A DNA stretch of 64,000 nucleotides, from positions 2,720,001-2,784,000 of the forward strand of contig NZ_JAQNDL010000003.1 of the NCBI RefSeq assembly GCF_028368995.1. The letters run 5' to 3'. Each line of letters begins with the position of its first letter. The stretch's first letter is position 1. Under the pieces are notes generated by a model. It made no database searches and had not been told where the DNA came from. It saw only the letters and a program-made list of their open reading frames with translations. Source of the stretch: Nannocystis bainbridge (GTDB lineage: Bacteria > Myxococcota_A > Polyangia > Nannocystales > Nannocystaceae). Of this stretch, positions 30,760 through 40,561 are shown in pieces. The position numbers and the translations under genes are program-made.

Positions 30760-31524
30760 GTGTTCGACCCCGCCGTGCTCGGGACTCCCGAGGTCTGGAT
30801 CAGCCTGCTCACGCTCTCGGCCCTCGAGATCGTGCTCGGGCTCGACAACATCATCTTCATCTCGATCCTCGTCGGCAAGCTGCCCGAGGCCAACCGCGAC
30901 CGCGCGCGACGGATCGGCCTCATGGGCGCGTTCGTCACCCGCCTGGGCCTGTTGGCGACGCTCAGCTGGATCATGCAGCTCGACCACCCGCTGTTCGAGC
31001 TGCTGGGCCACGCGTTCACCGGCAAGGAGGTCGTGCTCCTGCTCGGCGGCCTGTTCCTGATCTACAAGTCGACCAAGGAGCTCCACGACAAGATCGAGGG
31101 CGACGCCGAGGGTCACGTCGCGGCCACGGGCGCCGCCTCCGTCGGCGGCGTGATCTTCCAGATCCTCCTGCTCGACCTGGTGTTCTCGATCGACTCCGTC
31201 ATCACCGCGGTCGGCATGGCCCAGGAGCTGTGGATCATGGTCGCGGCCAACGTGCTCGCCCTCGGCGTCATGCTGCTGGCCAGCAAGTCGATCGCGGTGT
31301 TCGTCGATCGCCACCCGACCATCAAGGTGCTCGCCCTCAGCTTCCTGCTGACGATCGGCCTGCTGCTGACCGCCGAGGCGTTCGAGATCCACGTGCCCAA
31401 GGGCTACATCTACTTCGCCATGGCCTACTCGGTGGCGGTCGAGATGATCAACATCAAGGTCGGCCGCAAGGGCAAGGTCAAGCACGCGCCCGAGACCGAC
31501 CCGCAGGCCACCAACCCGTTCTGA
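30760..31524 (+). CDS. TerC family membrane protein
   Basis: LEIVLGLDN, DLVFSIDSVITAVG, KGYIYFAM. Confidence 0.95.
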   Translation: MFDPAVLGTPEVWISLLTLSALEIVLGLDNIIFISILVGKLPEANRDRARRIGLMGAFVTRLGLLATLSWIMQLDHPLFELLGHAFTGKEVVLLLGGLFLIYKSTKELHDKIEGDAEGHVAATGAASVGGVIFQILLLDLVFSIDSVITAVGMAQELWIMVAANVLALGVMLLASKSIAVFVDRHPTIKVLALSFLLTIGLLLTAEAFEIHVPKGYIYFAMAYSVAVEMINIKVGRKGKVKHAPETDPQATNPF

Positions 31525-31583
31525 CGACGAGAGCCCCGGGGCAAAGCGGCGCGCGCGGCCCCGGGCCGCGCGCGCTGGTTCGT

Positions 31584-33092
31584 TCAGCGCCCCTGCGGGT
31601 GGCGATCGATCTGCGTGCGGGCCGACGGGGCGTATCGCCCGAGCCGCGGCGCCGCGGCGAATGGCGTGAGGGCGTGCGCCAGGTCTTGCGTGGAGGTGAA
31701 GCGCTTGTCGCGGTCCTTCTTGAGGCATCGAGCGACGACCTGCTCGAGCTCCGAGGGCACCTGCGGATTGACCACACTCAGGCGCTTGGGTCGCGACAGG
31801 ATCACGTTCTCGCAGATCGACTCGACGCTCTCGCCCTCGAACGGGCGCAGCCCGGCCAACATCTCGTAGAGCACGACGCCGAGCGCCCAGATGTCGCTGC
31901 GGACATCGGGCTCCGTGGTGCGCAGGATCTGCTCGGGGGACATGTACTGCGGCGAGCCCGTCAGGCCCTCGGAGGCGATCTGCGCGCTGTCGGCAGGCTC
32001 GCTCCCGGGCAGCGCCCGCGCGACCCCGAAATCCAGCACCTTGACCACCCCGACGTCGTCGTCGTTGCGCGTCAGGAACAGGTTCGAGGGCTTGAGGTCC
32101 TGATGGAGGAGGCCCGCGGCGTGGATCTGCTGCACCCCGGCGCAGGCCTGCAGGGCGTAGTCGATCGCCTCGTGGACCGGCAGGACCCGGCGCGAGTCGA
32201 GGTACGCGTCGAGGTCCTCGCCGACCAGCCGCTCCATGACGATGTACGGGGCCCCATTGCCGAGGTTGCCGACGTCGAGGATCTCCGACACGTGCCTGCT
32301 GCGCACCCGCATCAGCGCCCGCGCCTCCTGGGCGAACCGCTCGATCATCCCCTGATCGAAGCGGGCGTTCGGCAGCAGGAACTTGATCGCCACGCTGCGC
32401 TCGGTCTGCATGTCGGTCGCCGAGACGACCACGCCCATGCCGCCGACGCCGAGGATGTTGCCCATGCGATAGCGCCCGGCCACGGTGTCGACCGGCAGCG
32501 GCACGTCGGTGAAGACGTCGGAGAACACCGTCGAGCGGGCCGCCAGCAGCGCCGGGTCGATCGCCGGCGGGACAGTCGTCGTGCTCTGGATCTGGCGGAT
32601 CTGCCGCCGCAGCTTGAGCTCGTTGGTGACCTGCCTGGCGAGCAGCCGCAGCGAACCGAGCTGCGCCGGCGTGATCTCCCGCGGCACGTGGTCGACGATG
32701 CAGAGCGTGCCGAACACCAGACCGTCGTCCATCGTCAGCGGCACGCCGACATAGAAGCGGACCGGCGGCTCGGCCAACGTCCACGGGTTGTCGAAGAACC
32801 GCGGGTCGTTGAGGGCGTCCGGGACCACCGTCGGCTGGTCGGGCTCGAGGATCGTGTGGGCGCAGAACGACAGCTCGCGCGGGCCCTCGGTGATCGCCAT
32901 CCCGACCTTGGCCTTGAACCATTGACGATAGGTGTCGGTCAGAGCCACGATGGCAATGGGGACATTGCACAAATGGGCTGCCAGCTGCGCGATATCGTCG
33001 AACGCTGGCTCCGGTTCGGTGTCCAATATGCCGCAGCTCTGCAACGCTTGCAGACGCTGCCGTTCATTCGTCGGTTGAGACGGGTAGAGCAT
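31584..33092 (-). CDS. GAF-domain plus Ser/Thr protein kinase
   Basis: GAF part: ERQRLQAL..ILDT...SFCAHTI...RFYVGVPL...GTLCIVD. Kinase part: GVGGMG, AIK, HQDLKPSN, DFG, GSPQYMSPEQ. Confidence 0.93.
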   Translation of the reverse strand: MLYPSQPTNERQRLQALQSCGILDTEPEPAFDDIAQLAAHLCNVPIAIVALTDTYRQWFKAKVGMAITEGPRELSFCAHTILEPDQPTVVPDALNDPRFFDNPWTLAEPPVRFYVGVPLTMDDGLVFGTLCIVDHVPREITPAQLGSLRLLARQVTNELKLRRQIRQIQSTTTVPPAIDPALLAARSTVFSDVFTDVPLPVDTVAGRYRMGNILGVGGMGVVVSATDMQTERSVAIKFLLPNARFDQGMIERFAQEARALMRVRSRHVSEILDVGNLGNGAPYIVMERLVGEDLDAYLDSRRVLPVHEAIDYALQACAGVQQIHAAGLLHQDLKPSNLFLTRNDDDVGVVKVLDFGVARALPGSEPADSAQIASEGLTGSPQYMSPEQILRTTEPDVRSDIWALGVVLYEMLAGLRPFEGESVESICENVILSRPKRLSVVNPQVPSELEQVVARCLKKDRDKRFTSTQDLAHALTPFAAAPRLGRYAPSARTQIDRHPQGR

Positions 33093-34084
33093 GGCCCACT
33101 TCAGGAGATTTATTGTCCAAAAATTCGACGATCGCAATAGCCTTGCCAGGGCGGCCCCGACTGTACGACATGGACGGCGCGGGTCGGGGAGCGTGGGTCC
33201 ACGAGCCAGCAGACTGAAGCGCTGTAGGACGTGACTCGACCTCGCGCAGCGCTCATTCACTGGTACAAGCCCAGGCGCCGCGCGAGCGCCTCCGCCCGCC
33301 CGCGTGACTCGTACGACGCCAGGGCCGGCGGCGGCCGAGAATGACCGCACCCTCGCGACGGCCAGCTAACATTGTTCTTGGGTCATTCGGCCGAACTCAC
33401 GCCATGGCCGGCCTGCAATTCGCCAGCAGACTCCAGCGTGCGCGCCGGGTGGCGCGGGCCGTCTCGTTCGCGTCTGGCCATTCCGCGTCCGCACCGGTCA
33501 TGAACATTGTACCGAGCCGTCTGCGTCGGGCCCGCCGCCTGGCAATCGTACGCCTGCGCGATCGGTGGGGCTGCTGCGAGTGCGAGCCTTTTGCCGCTGT
33601 CTCGTTCGTCCTTTCTCCGCGCCCGTCCTCCTGGCGTCTTCGCCGCTGAGGCGATCGGTTCGCACCGTCTTCGCGCCTGCCGTCTCGACGGCTCGTCGAT
33701 CGCCTTTTTCCTCACTGCTGTCTTTGCGCGGGACGAGTTCGCCGAAGTCTCGTTCGTCATCTTGCGCCTGTCGTCTTTACGTCTTCTTGATCACCGTCCT
33801 CGCGGCCCGTCTTCACCGCTGACTGCGCGCCTTCATCGTTGGTTCGCCGCTGCTCCGCGCCGTGCTCGCAATCCTCGTCACCGGGCGCTGCTGCTGAGCC
33901 TGCGTCACGATCTTCACACCCGCTCGGGCCGTCCTCCGACGTCTCGCCAATTGTCGTACCTCTGCCACGATTTCGAGTGCCGTCGTCGCGCACTGCAGGA
34001 CGATCTCCGTCCTCGTCCGCCGCAGCCCGTTGCGCCTCCTCGTCGTCGCGCTTTCATCGCCGCCGGGTCGCTCATCCCAGTCGC

Positions 34085-34340
34085 GCCCGCGGCCTTCACC
34101 CTGCCGGCCTCCCTCGCCGGGCCTTCGGCGCTAACCTTCTCGCTCGTCCTTCGTCGCGCCGCGGCCTTCACAGCGCCCTGCTGGCCTCCCTCGCCCCGGC
34201 CTTCGGCGCTCACCGTCTCCCTCATTCTTCGTCGCGCCGCGGCCTTCACAGCGCCCTGCTGACCCACCTCGCCGGGCCTTCGTCCTCGCCAGCTCGCTCA
34301 TCCTTCGTCACGCCGCGGCCTTCACAGCGCTCTGCTGCCC
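34085..34340. repeat. About 4 degenerate tandem copies (72-78 bp) containing the stop-codon region of the FGE-domain gene
   Basis: GGCCTTCAC core at 34091, 34163, 34241 and 34317 with shared flanks. Confidence 0.8.
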
Positions 34341-35728
34341 TTCTTCGCGCCCGCCTTCCTCGCTCCCGTCTTGCTCGCCTTCTTCAGCGGGGCCTTCTTC
34401 ACACCTGCCTTGCGCACCTTCTTCGCCCCGGCCTTCTTCGCTCCCGTCTCACTCGCCTTCTTCGTCGCGGCCTTCTTCCCCCCCGTCTGACTCGCCCTCT
34501 TCTTCGCGGCCTTCTTCGCCCCCGTCTTGCTCACCTTCTTCGCCCCGGTCTCACTCGCTCTCTTCGTCACAGCTTTCTTCGCGGCCTTCTTCGCTCCCGT
34601 CTGACTCGCCCTCTTCTTCGCGGCCTTCTTCGCTACCGTCTTGCTCACCTTCTTCGCTCGCGTCCCACTCGCGTTCTTCGCGGCCTGCTTCGCTCGCGTC
34701 CCACTCGCCTTCTTCGCCCCCGCCTTGCTCTTCGCCGCCTTCGCGCCCGTCTTCTTCCCCGCCTGCCGGATCGGGCGCTTCGCCTCACCTGTCTCTTCGG
34801 CCATCTCTAATTCGACCCCCTCGTGCTCGCCGAGCCCGAAGACCAGCCGCACCGACGCCCCGAACTCTGCCGCGTGTTCGTTCATTCGCATCGCGCACAG
34901 CATCAGGTTCCACTCGCCGCAGCCTTGCCACGGATAACAATCGGCGGCTCCGCCGCGCACCACGTGCATCCCCGAGCGCAGCCACGGCGCCCCGTCGTCG
35001 GGCGCCCCGCGGTAATGGTCTTGCCAGTGATCCGCGCACAGCTCCGGGAAGAGCCCGTAGCCGTGCACGCCGAACGCGTTGTGCGTCGCGCCGTCCTCGT
35101 CGGCCAGCATCGCCTCGATCGCCGAATCGTCGGGCAGCGCATCGCCCCACGGCAGCAGCCGGCGGTGCAGCCCCCCGCGGGCCGCGTACTCGAGCTCCGC
35201 CTCCGCGGGCAGCCGCAGCCCCGTCCCGACCAGCACCGCCGTGATCTGCTCCGGGTTCAGGTGCGCCGCCGCCCTCGACACGTGCCCGTACAGCGGATCG
35301 CGCAGGTTGGGCAGCCAGCGCAGCGCCTGGCCGATGCTGAGCACTCGCTGCGCGATCAAGAATGGTGGCACCACCACGCGGTGCAGCGGCCGCATCTGCC
35401 CGATCTCGCTGAGCAGCAGATCGAACTCCTGATCGAAGTCATGATCCGCCGCAGCGGCTGCCTCGCGAGCCGCGCGGATCGTCGCCTCCTCCTCCGGCGA
35501 CAGCCCCATGTCGAAGCCTCCGCCCGGCACGAGGCTCAGCTCGCCGACGCTCGCGTGCGCGAATACTGCCACCGGCGCGCTCGCCTGGCCGTAGCGGCGC
35601 AGCCCCACATACGTGAATTCCGGCCCGAGCTCCGCCGCCACCTGTCGCGCCAGCTCCTCGCGGCATTCGTCGGTCGCGCTGACCCAGAGGGTGTGGTCGA
35701 ACAGCTCGGGGGCCGCGGCGACGTGCAT
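34322..35728 (-). CDS. FGE-sulfatase (SUMF1-like) domain protein with a histone-H1-like Lys/Ala C-terminal tail
   Basis: VPGGGFDMG, LRLPAEAELEYAARGG, NAFGVHG, VVRGG; ~150-aa tail of KKAAKKRASQTGA-type repeats. Confidence 0.82.
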   Translation of the reverse strand: MHVAAAPELFDHTLWVSATDECREELARQVAAELGPEFTYVGLRRYGQASAPVAVFAHASVGELSLVPGGGFDMGLSPEEEATIRAAREAAAAADHDFDQEFDLLLSEIGQMRPLHRVVVPPFLIAQRVLSIGQALRWLPNLRDPLYGHVSRAAAHLNPEQITAVLVGTGLRLPAEAELEYAARGGLHRRLLPWGDALPDDSAIEAMLADEDGATHNAFGVHGYGLFPELCADHWQDHYRGAPDDGAPWLRSGMHVVRGGAADCYPWQGCGEWNLMLCAMRMNEHAAEFGASVRLVFGLGEHEGVELEMAEETGEAKRPIRQAGKKTGAKAAKSKAGAKKASGTRAKQAAKNASGTRAKKVSKTVAKKAAKKRASQTGAKKAAKKAVTKRASETGAKKVSKTGAKKAAKKRASQTGGKKAATKKASETGAKKAGAKKVRKAGVKKAPLKKASKTGARKAGAKKGSRAL

Positions 35729-36094
35729 CTGCCCGTTTTACCTCGACCCTGGCGCCGCTTGCATCCAGCATCGCGGGCGCTCTGCTGCGCCTGCGCGAGC
35801 GTGCAAAGGCGCGCGAGGAGAGTCGATGGTTCGCGGTCGCGCGAGCTCGCGACGAGGAGCGCGAGCGAAGGTCGCCACGCTCGCAGCTTCGTGCTCCGCC
35901 TCGCCGCTTCCGTTTGCGCTTCGCGCTCGCTCTGCGCGCGCTTCGAGCTCCGCCGTGTCTCTCGCTCCACGCCCGCTCGCGCTTCGCGCCCTCCTCGTCG
36001 TCCGCTCGCGCTTCGCGCCGTTCCAACCGCCCCCGTCCTGTCTCACATCGCACGTGCACGCGCGTCGATCCGCTCGGCTGCCATCGCCTGCTCG

Positions 36095-36260
36095 CGCCTC
36101 GAGCGCTGCTCATCCGTCATGGCGACCTGGCCTCGCGGCATTGCGTGCTCACGCCTCGAGCTCTGCTCCCTGTCATTGCGACCTCGCCCGAGCATTGTCC
36201 GTTCGCACCTCGAGCTCCGCACCTCGGTCATGGCGACCTCGCCCGAGCATTGCCCACTCG
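36095..36260. repeat. Three degenerate ~55-bp tandem repeats
   Basis: CCTCGAGC...GTCAT(G/T)GCGACCT...GCATTG repeated three times in an intergenic region. Confidence 0.7.
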
Positions 36261-36570
36261 TATTTCGGGCATCCGCGGCTGCTTCCCTACGCGCAGCGCT
36301 CCACAAGCGCTCGTGCCTGCTCGACCGCAAAGCCGCGTCGTTCTCGCCTCGCCGGCACACCGCCGCCGCCTCGCTCGCGCGACTGAAGCGGACGCTCATG
36401 CGCCGATAAACATCGTTCCACGTCCGGCGCGCGAATTCGCAAGCATCCCCACGCCCGCCGAGGTACACCCGCCGAGTGAGCCGCCTTCACCCGACCGCCC
36501 CCGTCCTATCGCATCGCATGTCCCGCGCCTCTGATTCCTATTAGAAAAAACTGTCCTTTGGGAGCATGTC

Positions 36571-37095
36571 ATGACAATGAACTCTTGGACATGGATGTCC
36601 AGCCCGCTCGGCGAGTTGCGGCTCGTCGCTGGTGGCGGCGTCTTGCGGCGCGTGCACATGACCGACACCCGTGACCTGCCGGCGCCCGCCGAGTATGGCG
36701 ACGCCTGCGACGACGAGCCCGTCTTGCAGCAGGCGCGGCGCGAGCTCGACGAGTATTTTGCCGGGCGACGGCGACGCTTCGAAGTCGCGCTCGGGCCTGA
36801 GGGCACCGAGTTTCAGCGGGCCGTGTGGACCGCCCTCGTCGCCGTCGATTTCGGCGTCCTCTGCAGCTACGGAGACATCGCCCGGGCCATGGGGCGCCCG
36901 ACCGCCACCCGGGCCGTCGGCCAGGCCAACAATCGCAACCCGATCCCCGTGATCATCCCCTGTCATCGTATCGTCGGCAGCGATCGCAGCCTCACGGGCT
37001 ACGGGGGCGGCCTCGAGCGCAAGCGGTGGTTGCTCGCCCACGAGGCGCGGCTGGTCGGCGCCGTCTTCACCGGCTACGATCCGCCCGCATGTTGA
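36571..37095 (+). CDS. ogt: Methylated-DNA--protein-cysteine S-methyltransferase
   Basis: SPLGEL, GTEFQRAVW, RAVGQAN..NP, active site IPCHRIV, GYGGGL. Confidence 0.96.
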   Translation: MTMNSWTWMSSPLGELRLVAGGGVLRRVHMTDTRDLPAPAEYGDACDDEPVLQQARRELDEYFAGRRRRFEVALGPEGTEFQRAVWTALVAVDFGVLCSYGDIARAMGRPTATRAVGQANNRNPIPVIIPCHRIVGSDRSLTGYGGGLERKRWLLAHEARLVGAVFTGYDPPAC

Positions 37096-37664
37096 AGCCG
37101 TGCACGCTCGCGCTCGCCCTCCTCGCTGGCGCTTGCGCCACGCAGCCCGATCGCGGTCGCTGGCGGGAGATCCCCAAGGGCCTCGTCCACGTCGTCTTCA
37201 CCGGCATCGACGCCGCTCCGAGCGAGAGCATCGGCTGGCGCGAGGCCGTCGACCTGCAGAACAAGGCCCGCGAGGAGCTGCAGCGGACCGTCCGCGAAGA
37301 GGGCCACGTCGCGTGGTTCTTCCACGCCTTTGACGACGACGACCTCGTCTTCATCCTCGCGCGCTGGCACGCCGGCGGGCTCGGCGGCACCTACGAAGTG
37401 TTCACGCGCTACCTCGTCCCGCGCGGTCGCCGAGGCGAGCGCATGCTCGGCGTCGCCGACGAGATCGCCGAGTACGAGCGGGGCGTCGGCAAAGTCCGCG
37501 CCGGTATGTCGCTGGCCGATGTCGAGACCGTGCGCGGCAAGCCCGACAAGCTCGTCGAGCTCGGGCCCTTCGGCGCCTTCGACGTCGTCTACCCCGACCT
37601 GTGCGTGCGCTTCCTCGAGGGTCGCGCCGCGCACTTGTGGTCGCCCGAGCGCTGCCAGCCGTAG
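37089..37664 (+). CDS. Hypothetical lipoprotein
   Basis: MLKPCTLALALLAGAC signal and lipobox; start overlaps the ogt stop. Confidence 0.75.
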   Translation: MLKPCTLALALLAGACATQPDRGRWREIPKGLVHVVFTGIDAAPSESIGWREAVDLQNKAREELQRTVREEGHVAWFFHAFDDDDLVFILARWHAGGLGGTYEVFTRYLVPRGRRGERMLGVADEIAEYERGVGKVRAGMSLADVETVRGKPDKLVELGPFGAFDVVYPDLCVRFLEGRAAHLWSPERCQP

Positions 37665-37686
37665 CCGCGCTCGCGGCCACGCCCGC

Positions 37687-38592
37687 TCAGCAGTTGGGGC
37701 AGATGCAGATCAGGTCGGCCTCGCCGTTGCCTTCGCCGCACAGCCCGAACGGCTGCTCGCACGCCTCGCTGGCGCAGTCGCAGCTGGCCTTGTCGCCGCA
37801 CTCGGTCGGCAGCGGCAGGCACGTATGCTCGTTCATGAACGCCTGGAACTGCACACACATCAGCGAATCGGGGCACGACTTGCAGTCCGGCACCTTGTCG
37901 CACGACACCGCCGGCACGCAGGCGCCGCTCCAGCACGCCCCGTCGATCCCCGGCAGCGTCCCGGGCGGGCACTCGGGCGGCAGCGAGTCGCACGCGACCT
38001 CGCTGCTGCAGTCGACCTTCTCGGTCGTGCACTGGCCGAGCACGCACTTCGCCTCGTCGATGCCGATCTGCTGGCACTGCGTCTCGTCGCACAGCGCCTT
38101 GCAGATCGGGTCGGTCTGGTCGTTGGGGATGCCGTAGCACGAGCAGCAGTCGTCGTGCAGCTTGCAGTCCGCGTCGACCTCGCACGGCCCACCGCCCGGG
38201 CCGCCGGTCGTGCCGTCGGTCGTGCCGTCGGTCGTGCCTTCGGTCGTGCCGTCGGTCGTCCCCGCGGTATCCGTCCCCGCGGTATCCGTCCCCGCCGTCG
38301 TCTCGCTGCTCGTCCCGTCCGTGCTCGGGCCGGTGGCCGCCGTCGTCTGGCTCTCGCCGGTCGTGCCCGAGGCCGCGGTCGTGCCCCCGGGGTCGCCCGT
38401 CGGCTCGAACTCCGTGGTCGGCGAGTCGGTGCTCGCGGTCGTCACCTGCGTCGCCGCCGACGACTGCGCCCCGGTCGATTCGCCGCTGTCGCTCGCGCTC
38501 GCGGTGCCGAGGGTCTCGCTGCTCTGGGGAGCGGCCGTCGAACAGGCGCCGAGGCCGATGCTGGAGATCAAGAAGAGAGATCTAAGTCGCAT
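37687..38592 (-). CDS. Lipoprotein with a Thr/Ser-rich linker and Cys-rich C-terminal domain
   Basis: MRLRSLFLISSIGLGAC; ~130-aa T/S/G linker; more than 20 Cys in the C-terminal part. Confidence 0.85.
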   Translation of the reverse strand: MRLRSLFLISSIGLGACSTAAPQSSETLGTASASDSGESTGAQSSAATQVTTASTDSPTTEFEPTGDPGGTTAASGTTGESQTTAATGPSTDGTSSETTAGTDTAGTDTAGTTDGTTEGTTDGTTDGTTGGPGGGPCEVDADCKLHDDCCSCYGIPNDQTDPICKALCDETQCQQIGIDEAKCVLGQCTTEKVDCSSEVACDSLPPECPPGTLPGIDGACWSGACVPAVSCDKVPDCKSCPDSLMCVQFQAFMNEHTCLPLPTECGDKASCDCASEACEQPFGLCGEGNGEADLICICPNC

Positions 38593-38721
38593 GGGCCGAA
38601 GGATGGCAAACAGGCCGCGGGCGCGCCAGGGGGCGCAAGGCCGCCCTCGACGCCGCGTGTGCGTCCGCGCCCCGCCCGCGAGGGCCCCGCGCCGCTCGGG
38701 GTGCGCTATCGTGCCCCCGAC

Positions 38722-39738
38722 ATGCTCAACGACAGCTTCCTCCGCGCCTGCCGCGGCGAACGCCCCGCGCGGACCCCGATCTGGCTCATGAGACAGGCAG
38801 GTCGCTACCTCCCGGAGTACCGCGCGATCCGGGCCAAGGTCAGCTTCGAGGAGCTGTGCCGGACCCCCGAGCTGTGCGCCGAGGTCACGCTGCAGCCGAT
38901 CGATCGCCTCGACGTCGACGCCGCGATCCTGTTCTCCGACATCCTCGTCGTGTTCGACGCGCTCGGCGTCGACGTGCGCTTCGAGCCCTCGCCGGTGATC
39001 GCCGAGCCCGTGCGCACGCGGGCCGACGTCGAGCGCCTGCGGTGGATCGACCCGCGCGAGGCCTGCCACTACGTCTACGCCGCCGTGCGCGCCTGCAAGG
39101 CCGCGCTCGCCGGCCGCGTGCCGCTGATCGGCTTCTGCGGCGCGCCCTTCACCACCCTCAGCTACCTCGTCGAGGGCAAGACCAGCCGCGAGTTCGAACA
39201 TGTCAAATCGCTCATGTTCTGCGAGCCAGGTCTCTTCGGACAGCTGATGGGGCGCATCACCGACCTGCTGATCGACTACCTGCGTGGTCAGGTCGAGGCC
39301 GGCGTCGACGCGCTGCAGGTGTTCGACAGCTGGGCCGGCGCGCTCGCGCCTGACGACTACCGCGAGCACGTCCAGCCGCACACCGCCCGCCTGTGCGCCG
39401 CCGTGCGCGAGTTCGGCGTGCCGCTCATCATGTTCACCCGCGGCAACGCCAACCTGCTCGCCTACTCGGCCGAGATGCCGGCCGACGTCGTCGGCGTCGA
39501 CTGGTCGATCGACCTCGCCCGGGCGATCGACGTCGTCGGCCCCGAGCGGGTCGTGCAGGGCAACCTCGACCCGTTCGCGCTGCTCGGCCCGCCGGCCCTC
39601 GTCGAGCACAAGGCGCGGGCGATCGTCGCCGCCGGCAAGCGCGCGCGCGCCCACATCTTCAACCTCGGCCACGGCATCTCTCGCCACACCGACCCGGCCA
39701 TCGCGCGCCTCCTGGTCGACACGGTCCACGACGCATGA
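38722..39738 (+). CDS. hemE: Uroporphyrinogen decarboxylase
   Basis: PIWLMRQAGRYLPEY, AILFSDIL, LIGFCGAPFT, QVFDSWAG, QGNLDP, NLGHGI. Confidence 0.97.
   Translation: MLNDSFLRACRGERPARTPIWLMRQAGRYLPEYRAIRAKVSFEELCRTPELCAEVTLQPIDRLDVDAAILFSDILVVFDALGVDVRFEPSPVIAEPVRTRADVERLRWIDPREACHYVYAAVRACKAALAGRVPLIGFCGAPFTTLSYLVEGKTSREFEHVKSLMFCEPGLFGQLMGRITDLLIDYLRGQVEAGVDALQVFDSWAGALAPDDYREHVQPHTARLCAAVREFGVPLIMFTRGNANLLAYSAEMPADVVGVDWSIDLARAIDVVGPERVVQGNLDPFALLGPPALVEHKARAIVAAGKRARAHIFNLGHGISRHTDPAIARLLVDTVHDA
39187..39242. repeat. Four-unit phased 14-bp motif array inside hemE
   Basis: CGCGA-GTTC-GAACA|TGTCA-AATC-GCTCA|TGTTC-TGCG-AGCCA|GGTCT-CTTC-GGACA. Confidence 0.7.
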
Positions 39739-40283
39739 GCCTCTCGTCGCGCGTGCTCCTGCTCGCGGCGGTCGCGGCCGCTGCGTGCACGCGCCCGCAG
39801 ACCGGCCCGCCGCCCGAGCCTCCGCCACCCGACGCGCCCGTCCAGCCCACGCAGGCGATCCGCCACGCCGCCGGCGAGGTCCTCGACGTCACCGTCCCGC
39901 TGCTCGCCGGCCCTGCGCTGCCGCTGCCGAGCCTGCGCGGCCGCGTCGTCGTCCTCGAGCTCACCTCCGCCGCGCTGCCCTCGTGGCCGGCCAGCTTCGC
40001 CGCCTACAACGACCTCCTGCGCGAGTACGGCCCCGCCCGCCTCGCCGTCGTCGTCGTCGCCCTCGACTTCGACCGCAGCGCCCTCAGCCCCGAGCCCGAC
40101 CTCCGCCTCCACGGCTTCGAGCTCGGCTGGGACCCGCAGGGCGCCCTCGCGGCCCGCCTGCAGCTCGGCGCGCTGCCCACCGCGCTGGTGCTCGGCCGCG
40201 ACGGACGGATCGTCCACGTCGCCAGCGGCCCGGAGCCCTCGCGCACCCTCGCCGACGCCGTGCGCGCCGCCTTGGGCCCGTGA
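39735..40283 (+). CDS. TlpA/redoxin-like lipoprotein lacking CxxC
   Basis: Lipobox AAAC; LRGRVVVLEL, VVVVALD, LPTALVLGRDGRI; ATGA overlap with hemE. Confidence 0.72.
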   Translation: MSLSSRVLLLAAVAAAACTRPQTGPPPEPPPPDAPVQPTQAIRHAAGEVLDVTVPLLAGPALPLPSLRGRVVVLELTSAALPSWPASFAAYNDLLREYGPARLAVVVVALDFDRSALSPEPDLRLHGFELGWDPQGALAARLQLGALPTALVLGRDGRIVHVASGPEPSRTLADAVRAALGP

Positions 40284-40561
40284 GGCTCGCAGAGCGGCAT
40301 GTCCCAAAGGACAGCCGTGAGCGCGCCGAGATCTTGCAGCCGCAGCGATCGCGTCGGTCGACGATCGTCTGGGGTGACACAGGAGCGGGCAGCAGCCGCG
40401 CGGGCCGTCGATCTCGAAGTCCACGCCGCCCTGTCGACCCGGCATCGGCCATCGCGGGCCCTCGGCGCCGCTCGCCCGGGCCGATGACCCCCGCGGTTCA
40501 CGCTCGCGCTGCGTGCTGACGCGCGCCGGGCGCTCGTGTATCCTCGCGCGCACCAGCGCGC

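Noticed and set aside
35750-36090. Arg/Ala/Ser-rich ORFs upstream of the FGE-domain gene
   Set aside because: Low-complexity GCTCGC/CTTCGC sequence without coding-like third-position bias.
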